64,000 bases of DNA from Myxococcota bacterium (GTDB taxonomy: Bacteria; Myxococcota; UBA727; VGSZ01), in assembly GCA_044349155.1 (NCBI GenBank), contig JBIKRQ010000003.1:668-64667 (forward strand). The letters are read 5' to 3'. The translations under genes were made by a program, and so were the position numbers. The first letter of the stretch is position 1; each line of letters starts with the position of its first letter. Of the stretch, positions 17,957 through 27,613 are shown piece after piece. Below the pieces are notes generated by a model. It did no database searches. It was not told where the DNA came from and worked only from the letters and a program-made list of their open reading frames with translations.

Positions 17957-18810
17957 ATGTCGCGGTGGATGAACCGATGTCTTGCAGTCGTTGCACTCGT
18001 TTCTGGCCTCGCTGGGTGTGCCTCAACGGCGCCCGCTGTCGTAGCAACACCAACCGACGCCGACGTTCGTGCTGGCTGCCTGAAGGCCACGAAGGTGGAG
18101 TTCCGGGCGGGGTATCAACAACGCGCCGTCGCCCAGGGCTTCAGCGCAACCTTCGCCGAAGCCCACACAGCGTTCATGACCAGTCGCATGGAGCCCATGT
18201 TCGGGCGGCTCTGTGACTGCTCCGTCGAGAGTGTGGGCGGTTGGCAGGCCTATGCGAAGGATCCGGCGAAGGCGGCGTCGATGGCAAAGGCCTGCCACGA
18301 CCAGGTGGTTGCCAGTGCCGAGTGGCCGACGCCGACCGAGCAGGGATCGTTCATCGCCAGCTGGTCCGCCGCGCACCCGGACGAGAAGTTGGCAACGACG
18401 CTCACGCTGCCCGCGGTGTTGTCGGCTGCGGAGCTCGAGATGGCGCGGACGTCGTGCGCGATGGCCATTCGCCAGCCAAACGAAGCGAAACTCAAGAAGG
18501 CCTTGATCGACAAAGGTCAGAGTGAGGCCTTCGCGACGGCAATGGCGGCGTTTGCGATGACCAGTGCGCAACCCGCGTTCGTGTCGATGTGCGAGTGCAT
18601 CGCCACTGGCTTCGGTGGCTGGGCCACAATCATCAAACAACCGCCAGATATGACGAGCCCGGCGCGTGCGTCGAAACCTTCTCCACCGCGATCGCGGCCT
18701 CGATGCCATCGAAGGAGGCGATGCTCGCGTTTCGTACCCAGTGGATCGCCGAACATCCCGACCTGTCAGTCACGGCGACGCCAGCGCCCGCCCCCGCCCC
18801 CGCCCCGTGA
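17957..18810 (+). pseudogene. internally duplicated lipoprotein gene with an apparent frameshift near 18640-18660
   Basis: ATG at 17957 gives MSRWMNRCLAVVALVSGLAGC. The first half (CDC..GGW..AC..IASWSAAHPD) is paralleled by a second half. That second half begins in the same frame (CEC..GGW) but continues in another frame (ACVETF..RTQWIAEHPD) and ends at 18810. Confidence 0.5.
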
Positions 18811-18819
18811 GCGGCGCGA

Positions 18820-19935
18820 TCAGCGTTGTTGTGACCAGTCGGCCAACAGCTCCACCACGTTGACGTCGACGTGGGGGTCTTTGGTGCCGTCGTCGTGCAC
18901 CGCGCGCAGCTCGTGGGTCAATGCCGGGAACACGCGGAACCGTGCGTTGCCCTTCAGCACCAGGCCCTGCTTCCAGCCGTCGAGGTCGGCGAACGACACC
19001 GTCGCGTCGTGGCCCGCGTGCACGATCAACACCGGTCGCGCCTGACCCGCCAAGCGCGTCACCACGTCGCCTGCCGCACTCGATGACGACGACGCCAACA
19101 CGCCCACGCCCGCGACGTGCGCGCTGCGCGCCAACACCTCGGGCACCAGCTGCACTGTTTTGCCGTGGGCCACCACCACCACGTGACGCGCATCCACTTC
19201 GGCGCGCGCCGCAAGGGCTGCAACCGCGGCGATGACGTCGTCGGCGCGCTGTGGACTGCGCAGTTGTGTTGTGGCCACGCCGCGGCTCGCCAGGCCCCAC
19301 TGCACCTCGGTGAAGGGGCGTACCGCGCCTGCTTCTGCGGTCTGCTCGTCGACGAGCAACACCACCGCTGGCAGGTTGCGCGCCCCGTGCACTGGCACGC
19401 TGAGCACACCACCCACCACATCGATGTGACGCACCTGGTCAGCACCCACCCACAACGGCGGCACCCACGTCGACGACGAGGGCGGCACAAACGTCAGCTC
19501 GTGAACCCGCAGTCGAGGGTCGAAGGCGATGTCGACGCCCACCACTGCTGCGGCGTGGCGCAACTGCACGTGCACGCGGAGCTCGGCAGCGGTGATGTCG
19601 ACGTCGTCGATCGATGAGAGCAGCGGCCCGTACGACGACAACACCCGCTGCCACTGCGCGCGCAACGCCTCGGTCGACAACGATGCCGTGAGCGCTTCGT
19701 CGAAGTTCCAGCGCGCCTCATCGACACGGCCGTCGACGAGGGCCGACAGCAGCACGCGCGCTGCAACGATCGCATCGGCAGACGTCGCTGGTGCGGGTGC
19801 GGGTGGTGCTGGCTCAACGACGGCGGCTGCAGCCTTTGTGCGCGCCAACGCTGGCGAGGTCGCGACCGCGACGATCGTCGACGTCACCAGCGCTGCCGCT
19901 CGCCACGGCTTCAGCGGGGGCACGAGCACTGGCAC
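18820..19935 (-). CDS. secreted alpha/beta-hydrolase-fold protein with a DUF3887-like N-terminal domain (nucleophile motif not obvious)
   Basis: 371 aa with a signal-like N-terminus. Dienelactone-hydrolase-like layout, but the VVVAHGKT motif occupies the position where the GxSxG nucleophile motif would be expected. Family call is tentative. Confidence 0.5.
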   Translation of the reverse strand: MPVLVPPLKPWRAAALVTSTIVAVATSPALARTKAAAAVVEPAPPAPAPATSADAIVAARVLLSALVDGRVDEARWNFDEALTASLSTEALRAQWQRVLSSYGPLLSSIDDVDITAAELRVHVQLRHAAAVVGVDIAFDPRLRVHELTFVPPSSSTWVPPLWVGADQVRHIDVVGGVLSVPVHGARNLPAVVLLVDEQTAEAGAVRPFTEVQWGLASRGVATTQLRSPQRADDVIAAVAALAARAEVDARHVVVVAHGKTVQLVPEVLARSAHVAGVGVLASSSSSAAGDVVTRLAGQARPVLIVHAGHDATVSFADLDGWKQGLVLKGNARFRVFPALTHELRAVHDDGTKDPHVDVNVVELLADWSQQR

Positions 19936-20972
19936 AAGCAGGCCGCAGGCAACGCCTCAGGCGGTGTGTTCGCGGGGCACTGGCAAGCACACGAGCAGTT
20001 CACCATGCCCGCGTTCATCGGGATGGTGCCCGCTGGCGGCGGAGGCGGCGGCGGTGACGTCGTCGTGGTGGGCACGCCGGTGGGTGCTGCGGCCACAGGA
20101 GCGCTGCCACCGCGCACAGCACCCAGCGTGGTGAGGTACGCGAGCAGGGGCTCGAACTGGTCGCCGGGCACGCCGTGTTTGCCGCTGCCGCCCGACTGCA
20201 ACACGCCGGGGATGGTCTTGCCGGGGATCTTGTTGCCGCCGGGATGGCACTTGGCGCACTTCGTCTGGAAGTACGCGCCGCCCACGGCTGGATCGCCAGC
20301 AGGAGCTGCCGCAGCGACGACGGGAGCCGCCACCGGTGTGGTCACAGGCGTTGCTGCAGCCGCGGGTGCACCACCACGCACGGCACCGAGCGTGAGCAGG
20401 TGGGCGACGACGTTGTCGAAGTGCTCGGCGGGAACGCCGTGCTTGCCGCTGCCGCCCGACACGAGCACGCCGGGGACGGTTTTGCCGGGGATCTTGTTGC
20501 CACCGGGATGGCACTTCGCGCACTTCGTCTGGAAGTACGCCGCACCAGCAACCGCGTCGCCCGCAGCGACGGCCGCGACGACGGGGGCAGCAACAGCCAC
20601 CGGGGCCGTGACGGGGTTGGCGGCGGGCGTTGTGGGTGTGGCTGCTGCAGCGACGGGAGCACCACCGCCGAGGCGGTCTTGCAGGTGGGCCATGAGCGGG
20701 GCCCAGTCGGCTTCGGGCACGGCGTGACGGCCGGAGGACTTGCCGCGCTCGAGGAAGTCGGGGGCCATGGCGAGGTCGATGGGCGGGCCAGCGCCCTGAC
20801 CACCGTTTGGATGGCAGGCGTTGCACTTCGTTTGAAAGAAGCGCTCACCGCGCGAAGCACCCGCGGCACCTGCGCCCGCGGCAGGCGTTTGACACCCGGC
20901 AGCCACGGCCACCACGACGACAACCGACGCCACCACCACTTGCAAAGCCGACCACGACGACAACGAACGCAT
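19911..20972 (-). CDS. triheme c-type cytochrome lipoprotein with a Cys-rich C-terminal tail
   Basis: ATG at 20972 (MRSLSS...AVAAGC lipobox). Three FQTKC.xCHP CxxCH modules separated by Ala/Pro/Val linkers. Tail is NCSCACQCPANTPPEALPAACLCQCSCPR. Confidence 0.8.
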   Translation of the reverse strand: MRSLSSWSALQVVVASVVVVVAVAAGCQTPAAGAGAAGASRGERFFQTKCNACHPNGGQGAGPPIDLAMAPDFLERGKSSGRHAVPEADWAPLMAHLQDRLGGGAPVAAAATPTTPAANPVTAPVAVAAPVVAAVAAGDAVAGAAYFQTKCAKCHPGGNKIPGKTVPGVLVSGGSGKHGVPAEHFDNVVAHLLTLGAVRGGAPAAAATPVTTPVAAPVVAAAAPAGDPAVGGAYFQTKCAKCHPGGNKIPGKTIPGVLQSGGSGKHGVPGDQFEPLLAYLTTLGAVRGGSAPVAAAPTGVPTTTTSPPPPPPPAGTIPMNAGMVNCSCACQCPANTPPEALPAACLCQCSCPR

Positions 20973-21362
20973 CTGCACCTCAACGGACCAATCCGACTGA
21001 ACCATGCGCTGTGTGCGCGGGTGTCACGACGTGGACCCTACAACGCATGGGGGGCGCATGTGGTCTACGGCGCGCGCGGTGACTCACTGGTCACGCAGAC
21101 GCGAGCGAAGGCAGCAGAACCCGCAAACACGCCGACACTGGCAGGCGGCGGGTCACCGACCCGAAACGAGACCGCCGATGCAAAGGCCAGCGACGCCCGC
21201 GCGCCAACAAACACGCCGACACCAGCGGGCGCCGGGTCCGACGCCTCGCAGGAGCGCGACCGCAGGGGGTAGCGCCGGCACCAGCGAGCGGCCAAAGGGC
21301 GGGCGTCGCTCCGTAGAACGCGGCGCAACCACCCGAAATATCAAGCAAAAGCGCGCCGGGGT

Positions 21363-21517
21363 CCTGGGGGCCGCCGCGCAATGCGGCCCCCAGGTCGCGC
21401 CGAAGGCGTCGTCCAAAGCGAGGACGCACTGATCGACGACCATCGCGTGACGCGACGACGTGAAGCAGTGAACAGCGAAGACGAAGACGAAGACGAAGAC
21501 GAAGACGAAGAGGACGA
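21363..21517 (-). repeat. copy 2 of the conserved core (21398-21466) with a 48-nt A-free (CTTCGT)n tract (21470-21517) and a 12-bp hairpin (21363-21394)
   Basis: Same order relative to the upstream stop codon as copy 1: stop, A-free microsatellite, core, GC hairpin, short T run. The hairpin sequence is unrelated to copy 1. Confidence 0.75.
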
Positions 21518-24091
21518 TCAGTTCCCGATCTGCTCGAGAGCCTCGATCAGGATCGCAGGCAACGCGGCCATGCTCTTGAGCTTGATCTGCTGTCCGCCCT
21601 GCTCGCTGAGCAACAGCTCCACAGTTTTGTCGTCGACGATGCCATGTGACGCGGCCAGGAGCTTCACACCGCCGTCGCCAAGGGTGCGCGCATGGCGACG
21701 CAACTCCTCGGCCGTCTCGAAGAACATGAAGTCGCTCAAGAGGAACAACAGCCGCATGTCGGCGTCGTTGCGCGTGTCGAACTGATCCCTGGCCCACGTC
21801 AACGCCGCATCGACGCGGGTGCCACCGGTGGCTTCGAGATCGAGGACGCGATCGGCGACGTCGTCGAGGTCGCTGGCGTCGGCGAAGGTTTTGATGACGT
21901 GGGTGTCGCTTTCAAACACCGCCAACGCGATCTCCTCGGGCTTCACGCGCCCGAGCAACATGACCACGGCCACCGCACACATCGCGAGCTCAGCACCGGT
22001 CATCGATCCCGAGATGTCGATGAGGACCAACAGTGCTGCCTCGCCCCGTGTCGCGTCCTGGACGAACAGATCGTCGGTGGTGATGCCGTCGAGTCCCTTG
22101 CCGCTGCCGATGACGGCGTCGAGGGTGGCGTCGAGGTCGAGGCCGTCGAGCTCATCGCCCGCCGCGTACGGTCTCGACGTGCTCTGCGGCACGAGCCCGT
22201 CGGTGCTGCCGTTGCCGGCGTTCATCCACTGAAAGGCGAGGTCGAGCAGCGCCTCTTTGAGCTGGGCCTTGATCGACGCCTTCAGCTCGGGACGCAGGGT
22301 GCTGCGATGGGTGAACCATTGCTTCAGCAGGTTGCTGCCGCCGCCGATGCCTTTGTAGCCGAGACATTGGCTGACGACGTCGTCATCGGCCTGCGCTGCG
22401 ACAGCACCAAGGTCGAGCGCCAACAACGCTGCGATCGCTTCGAGGTTCGAGGTGCCGAGTGCCGCGGCGATGCAGGGGTCGAGCATCCCGTCGGGCACGC
22501 GGACGATCTTGTCGACGAGGCGTCGGTAGCGGTCGGCGTCGTGGGAGCCACCGAGGATCATCGCGCGCAACTGCTCAAGCGCATCACCGATGCGGTCGTA
22601 GATCTCCTGCGCGTCGACACCAAGCGCATGGCCGGCGGCGATCACGCGCTCGATGTCGTGGGGGATCACCGTGTGGGCCAGGAAGTCGTCGAGCAACGGC
22701 AGGAAGTGGACGTCGTCGCGCACCAGGCACACCGCATCGGTGGCCACCTTCGTCGCCAGCGTTGCCGCCTCGTCGATGGTGGTCCGCAACAACCCGTCGG
22801 CGAGGGCGACGAGGTCCTGCACCGACGACGGCAGCGACGGTCTGCCGCGGCCTGCGGTGTCGACGTCGTCGTCGATCTGCTGCAGGTCGCGCGCCCATGC
22901 ACCATCGAGGCAAGCGACCCAGGCGGGGCAGTCCACCGACACCATCACGAGCTCGCCGACGGTGGGCTCGTGGTCGAGGCCCGCGAGCCACGCGTCGAAC
23001 AACGCCGCACACACCGGCTCACCGAAGCGTTCCTCGAGTCGTCGACCCGCAGCGATGGCCCGCGGCGCATTGTCGACGACGCTGTCGCGCAGGAGCTGCT
23101 CGGGCAGCCGCTGGAAACGGCCTTCGGCGATCAACAGCTCGGCCGCATCGTGCACGTCGGTGCAGCCCGCCAACGCCGCAGCACTCATGTCATTGACGAG
23201 CGCCACGTCGAGGGTGCCCGGCCGTGTCGTGTGGGGCCGCAGAAACGACAGCACGAGGCCCGTGGCGCGCAGATCCCGACCAGCCATGACGTCGTCGAGA
23301 TGACTGCGCAGTGGATCGGGGCTGCCTTCGCCAGCGAGGGCTCCCGCCAGCTCCCAGGGCTGCGTGGTCTCGTGCAACAGCGACGTCGTGAACCCTGCCC
23401 GACAGCCCAGCAGCACCTGTGCGGGCGTGAGCTCGCCGACAGTACCGAGCAGCTGCGCCAACGCGAAGCCGCGCACCCGCGCGACAGAGTCAGCACCCAC
23501 ACCCGCCAGCTCAGCGGGTCCGCCGAAGGTGACGACGAGCTCGGCCAACGCGCGCTCCGAACGGTCTGCGGAGCTGTAGAGCCGCTCGAACAGGTCGAAC
23601 ACATCGGCGGCACCTTCGTCGTCGGCGATGGCCGCGTCGATGGCGTCGATGTCGAGCGCGTCGATGTTGTCGAAGTCGAGTTCGAGCGACGCCATGTCGG
23701 CCAGGATCGACGACGTCGCCTCCTGCACCGAGGCAGGCTTCTGCGGCGCCGGCGACGACGACGACGCAGCACCCGTCGACGACGACGACGCCTGGCGTTG
23801 GGCCTGCGCTTTGCGCGCTTCGAGGTCGGGAAACAGCAAGCGGCGCGCGATCTCCAGCGCCACCGGCTGATCGTCGGGGACGGTGTTGACGACGGCGGCG
23901 TCGAGGTAATCGGCCGGCGTGAGCCGACGGATGCGGCAATAGCGGGCCATCAAAAAGCGCGGCACCGCGATGGTCATGCGCAGGCTCGGCTTGTGCGTCG
24001 TGCGCTTGTCGCGGCGCAGGGCATGCACCAGCGCGAGGGCAAAGGACTGCGGCGTGAAGTCGACGACGTCGTCGCCTGCGAAGCTCGTCAT
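21518..24091 (-). CDS. 857-aa protein with a C-terminal von Willebrand factor A (vWA) domain
   Basis: LLVLIDISGSMTG (DxSxS MIDAS motif) with downstream LEATGGTRVD and LLFLLSDF motifs. The ~600-aa N-terminal helical region is unassigned. Its start overlaps the MoxR stop (ATGA). Confidence 0.8.
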   Translation of the reverse strand: MTSFAGDDVVDFTPQSFALALVHALRRDKRTTHKPSLRMTIAVPRFLMARYCRIRRLTPADYLDAAVVNTVPDDQPVALEIARRLLFPDLEARKAQAQRQASSSSTGAASSSSPAPQKPASVQEATSSILADMASLELDFDNIDALDIDAIDAAIADDEGAADVFDLFERLYSSADRSERALAELVVTFGGPAELAGVGADSVARVRGFALAQLLGTVGELTPAQVLLGCRAGFTTSLLHETTQPWELAGALAGEGSPDPLRSHLDDVMAGRDLRATGLVLSFLRPHTTRPGTLDVALVNDMSAAALAGCTDVHDAAELLIAEGRFQRLPEQLLRDSVVDNAPRAIAAGRRLEERFGEPVCAALFDAWLAGLDHEPTVGELVMVSVDCPAWVACLDGAWARDLQQIDDDVDTAGRGRPSLPSSVQDLVALADGLLRTTIDEAATLATKVATDAVCLVRDDVHFLPLLDDFLAHTVIPHDIERVIAAGHALGVDAQEIYDRIGDALEQLRAMILGGSHDADRYRRLVDKIVRVPDGMLDPCIAAALGTSNLEAIAALLALDLGAVAAQADDDVVSQCLGYKGIGGGSNLLKQWFTHRSTLRPELKASIKAQLKEALLDLAFQWMNAGNGSTDGLVPQSTSRPYAAGDELDGLDLDATLDAVIGSGKGLDGITTDDLFVQDATRGEAALLVLIDISGSMTGAELAMCAVAVVMLLGRVKPEEIALAVFESDTHVIKTFADASDLDDVADRVLDLEATGGTRVDAALTWARDQFDTRNDADMRLLFLLSDFMFFETAEELRRHARTLGDGGVKLLAASHGIVDDKTVELLLSEQGGQQIKLKSMAALPAILIEALEQIGN

Positions 24092-25047
24092 GGCGTTGTG
24101 CCCGCGGCCTTCTTGTCTTTCTTGTCGCCGTCCTTTTTCGCGAGCGGATCGCCGACACCGAGTACTTTGTGCAGCAGCGAGTCGAGGTATTTCTCGAGGT
24201 CACGGCCGGGCTTGAGGCGCACCGCTTCGCTGAGCACGTTGCGCGCGGCGTCGGCGATCACGCGGTTGTCGAGCTTCACGCCAAGGCGCTTCGCGCGTTC
24301 ACCTGCGAGGCGGGCCACGCCGATCGAGCTGCGGATCGAGGCCGGTGCTTCGACGGCGGGGTCGTCTCTGGTGTGGTGGATGAGCTCGAGCACGAGTTCG
24401 AGCTGGCCCGGCGTGAGGTCGTACTCGCGCGACTTGCTCTCGACGATGCGGGTCTCGATCGAGCGGCTCGGATAGCCGAGCTGCACCCAGACCTTGATGC
24501 GATCTTTGATCGCGCTGGGCAGGCGACGCGTGCCGCGGTTCTCGGTCGGGTTCATCGCCGCGATCAAGTAGAAGTCGTCGGACACGCGGTGCCACGTGCG
24601 CAGTGCGGGGATGTAGAGCTTTCGCTCCTCAAGCGCGTCGAGCAGCGTGTTGAGCACGTACTCGTCGCCGCGGTTCAGCTCGTTGGCGAGAAACACACCA
24701 CCCGACAACGCCGACACGGTGAACGGCCCGGGCACAAAGGCCTCGGGCGAAAACCCGTACTTGAACACGAGGGTCGGATCGAAGCTGCCGATCAGATTCG
24801 ACGGCCGCACGAGGTCAGAGAACGTGACCCAGTCAAACGGCTTGCCGAGGTCGGTGGCGAACTTCCGACACAGCGCCGTCTTTCCCGAACCAACCGGGCC
24901 GATGAGCCCCGCATAGAGCCCCGCGTTGTGGGCGTCGGTGAGGGTGTCGTAGGCGTCCTGGTACTGCCCGTCGAGGATCACCTCGTCGTGGCTCGTCAGG
25001 TCGTCGATGCGGGACTTTGCGAGCAGCGCCAACACATCGGTCGTCAT
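24088..25047 (-). CDS. MoxR-class AAA+ ATPase (AAA_5-like)
   Basis: Walker A GPVGSGKT. Walker B/MoxR signature VFLANELNRGDEYVLNTLLDALEERK. Also AAMNPTE and LPSAIKDRI motifs. Confidence 0.85.
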   Translation of the reverse strand: MTTDVLALLAKSRIDDLTSHDEVILDGQYQDAYDTLTDAHNAGLYAGLIGPVGSGKTALCRKFATDLGKPFDWVTFSDLVRPSNLIGSFDPTLVFKYGFSPEAFVPGPFTVSALSGGVFLANELNRGDEYVLNTLLDALEERKLYIPALRTWHRVSDDFYLIAAMNPTENRGTRRLPSAIKDRIKVWVQLGYPSRSIETRIVESKSREYDLTPGQLELVLELIHHTRDDPAVEAPASIRSSIGVARLAGERAKRLGVKLDNRVIADAARNVLSEAVRLKPGRDLEKYLDSLLHKVLGVGDPLAKKDGDKKDKKAAGTTP

Positions 25048-25619
25048 TGTTCATCTCCAGAGGCAGTGACGGGGGCATCGACGGCGGCATCAACAGCAGC
25101 AGCAGCGTCGACGAAGAACCGTTCGGTGCGGGTGGGCTCGATGGTTTCCGGCAGCGTGAGCTTGATGGCAGCGCAGGCGGCCTTCACCGTTTCGAATTCG
25201 GTTTTGTCGACGACGCGGCGCGTGCCGAGGTTCAAGCCCGCGAGGATCTGCTTGCCGTAGTACGTGGCCTGCAGCTCGGTGAGGTCGAAGCCCATGCCGC
25301 CCTTTCGGCTCTTGCGCACGATCTTCACGAGGGTGAGCTGCTTCAACCGCGTCGCCGCCAACAACTGGTTGAGCCACTTCCAACCGGTCTCTTTTTTGAA
25401 GAGATCGCTGCGCGAGAGATCTTCGAGGAGCTTCTGCTTCGCGAGCGCGAGCAACGCCTTCTGCACACGCGCCTGAATCAACTGGGGGTCGAGCTCGGCA
25501 TCGAGCTCGCCAAGGTGCGACAGCAGCTCAGCACTCGCGATGAACGCTGGCCGCGGCTTTTCTTGAAACGTCTGCAGCTCGGCCACCGCCGACGCCACGG
25601 CTTCTTGCCAGGTGCTCAT
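25044..25619 (-). CDS. hypothetical 191-aa protein (operon member, no recognised domain)
   Basis: ORF with 4-nt ATGA overlaps to both neighbours. Codon usage is typical for the window. Confidence 0.6.
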   Translation of the reverse strand: MSTWQEAVASAVAELQTFQEKPRPAFIASAELLSHLGELDAELDPQLIQARVQKALLALAKQKLLEDLSRSDLFKKETGWKWLNQLLAATRLKQLTLVKIVRKSRKGGMGFDLTELQATYYGKQILAGLNLGTRRVVDKTEFETVKAACAAIKLTLPETIEPTRTERFFVDAAAAVDAAVDAPVTASGDEQ

Positions 25620-27613
25620 CGCGGCCCTTCCTGCATGGAGCTCTTGCCCTTCTTGACGATGCGGATGTGGTGGCCGGCCACGTCACCGACGTCGTGGTGC
25701 GTGATCAAGACCATCTGCTTGCTGCTGTCGAGCGCTGCGACCCGACCAAGCAGGGCGGTGCGGCGGTGCTCGTCGAGACCATAGGTCGGCTCGTCGAGGA
25801 GCACGAACGACACGGCCCCGACCCGCCGCGCGACGGCGAGCTTGAACGACAACCCCAGCAGCACCTTGTGGCCACCGCCTTGAAAGAGGTGCGCTGGCAC
25901 CTCGACGCCGATGTCGTGGGGCGTGACGTTGATGACGTAGCGCGCAGGGTCGATCGTGAGCGACTTGAATTCCTCGTCGGGGGCGCTGAGTTGCCGGTGC
26001 AGGGCAAACACGTCGGTGGCGAGCTCGGCGGCGGCCTTGTCACGCAAGGTCACCTGCAGCTCCTTGAAAGCCGCAGCCAGCTTGCGCAGGCGGCCCGCCA
26101 ACGCACTCTGTTCGCGCAGGCGCTCGACGGTGCCCTCGACCGAGGCAAGTTCGCGTGCGGCCTCCTGTCGACGTTCCTTGAGGGCCTGCAGCGCCGACGT
26201 TGCCTCGTCGCGACGTCCCTGAATGGCGCTCAGCACCGTCTGGGCGCGGACGCGCTCGTCGCGCAAGCCATCGCGGGTGTCACCAAGGGCTTCTACGACG
26301 TGGTCGACGAGGGCGCTGTCGGCCACGTCGTCAGGCACCTTCCACGTCGTGCGGGCAGCACGCGCCGCGTCGGCCCAGGCCTGCTGCGGCGCGGCCACCG
26401 CCTGGACCGCCGCGGCATGATCCTTGTGGGCGGCCAGTGCTGCGTCACACCGCGTAAGCTGTGCCGTGGCGTCGTCGACGCGGGCGGTCTCATGAGCGAT
26501 GACCTGCATGACGTCGTCGAGCGAAGCCTGCGCCGTGGTCAGCGTCGTCTGCCACGCGGCAAGTTCTGCCATCGCCTTGTCGTGGTCGATCGCCTGACCG
26601 CAGGTTTCGCACGTCGTCGAGTTCGGGTCGGCGTGGGCCGCGCGCCGCCCGATGCGCCCTTCGAGGTCGCCAATCGTGCGCAACAGCGTGGTGCGCTCAT
26701 CGTGGCGCGCCGCAATGGTGGCAGCGCCCGCCGCAACACTGGCGCGCGCTTGCTCCTGCCGCGTCTGCAGCACCTCGACGTCGTCGACGACAACGCTCTG
26801 CAGGCGCTGCACCTCAGCGACCACAACGGCGAGGGCATCGGCAGCCGCTTCGAGGGCGTCGACCTGTTCCACCGACGCCGCCAACGCCGCCAACGCCGTC
26901 GACGTGCGCTCGATGGTCTGCAGCACTGCCGCTTCCTCGGCGTCGATCCCCGCCAGCGTGAGCCGCAATGCGTTGTCGCGGTCGTCGCCGGCTTTGACGT
27001 CGTCACGCAGCCGGGCGAGCGCTGCTTCGAGCACCGGCAGGGTGCTCGCTTCCTTCTCGGCTTCAAGCGCCAGCGCCCGCGTCTCGTCGGCAGCAAGGAC
27101 CGAGGCTGTCACGCCCAGCACCGTGTCGAGCTGTGGTGCACCTTCGAGCATCGCGGCGATCTCGCCCTGCTTCACGTGCACAGCGACGTCGAAGAGGCGG
27201 CGGCTGAGGCCGAGGACCTCGGTGAGCTTGAGCGCGAGCGCTTCTTCTTTGTCCTGGAAATCGGTGCTCAAGACATAGCGCTCGCCGTCGTCGTCGATGA
27301 CCTTGAGCGTGAAGTGGCCGATGACCGTCGTCTTTGAGCGTGGCGGCTTCTCGTGCAGCCGTTGCAGCACGTAGCGCTTGCCGTCTTTGCCGACGAAGCG
27401 GAGCTCGACGCCCGTCTCCTTTGCACCGGGATGCATGAGCGTGTGGATCTGGCGGATCGCACCGACGCGCCCAAACAGCGCGTACTCGATCGCGTAGAGC
27501 ACGGTGCTTTTGCCGGCGTTGTTTTCGCCGTCGATGAAGTTGATGCCCTGGCGCAGGTCGATCTTCTCGTCGACGTAGCGCCGGAAATTCCGCAGCCAGA
27601 TCCGCTCGATCAT
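25616..27613 (-). CDS. Rad50/SbcC/SMC-like ABC ATPase with a central CxxC hook
   Basis: The N-terminus IERIWLRNFRRY..IDGENNAGKSTVLYAIEYALFG carries the Walker A. A long Ala/Glu/Leu-rich coiled coil has CETC at residues 335-338 of 665 (nt 26600-26611). The C-terminus VSFVLLDEPTYGLDE carries the Walker B/D-loop. Confidence 0.8.
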   Translation of the reverse strand: MIERIWLRNFRRYVDEKIDLRQGINFIDGENNAGKSTVLYAIEYALFGRVGAIRQIHTLMHPGAKETGVELRFVGKDGKRYVLQRLHEKPPRSKTTVIGHFTLKVIDDDGERYVLSTDFQDKEEALALKLTEVLGLSRRLFDVAVHVKQGEIAAMLEGAPQLDTVLGVTASVLAADETRALALEAEKEASTLPVLEAALARLRDDVKAGDDRDNALRLTLAGIDAEEAAVLQTIERTSTALAALAASVEQVDALEAAADALAVVVAEVQRLQSVVVDDVEVLQTRQEQARASVAAGAATIAARHDERTTLLRTIGDLEGRIGRRAAHADPNSTTCETCGQAIDHDKAMAELAAWQTTLTTAQASLDDVMQVIAHETARVDDATAQLTRCDAALAAHKDHAAAVQAVAAPQQAWADAARAARTTWKVPDDVADSALVDHVVEALGDTRDGLRDERVRAQTVLSAIQGRRDEATSALQALKERRQEAARELASVEGTVERLREQSALAGRLRKLAAAFKELQVTLRDKAAAELATDVFALHRQLSAPDEEFKSLTIDPARYVINVTPHDIGVEVPAHLFQGGGHKVLLGLSFKLAVARRVGAVSFVLLDEPTYGLDEHRRTALLGRVAALDSSKQMVLITHHDVGDVAGHHIRIVKKGKSSMQEGPR

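Noticed and set aside
17434-18216. 260-aa ORF starting MRFVFAFLRFAFAFS, plus the minus-strand ORF 17036-17830 with KTQKRNAKTQ repeats.
   Set aside because: Both are translations of the A-free microsatellite and the intergenic repeat. The composition is a repeat artefact, not coding.
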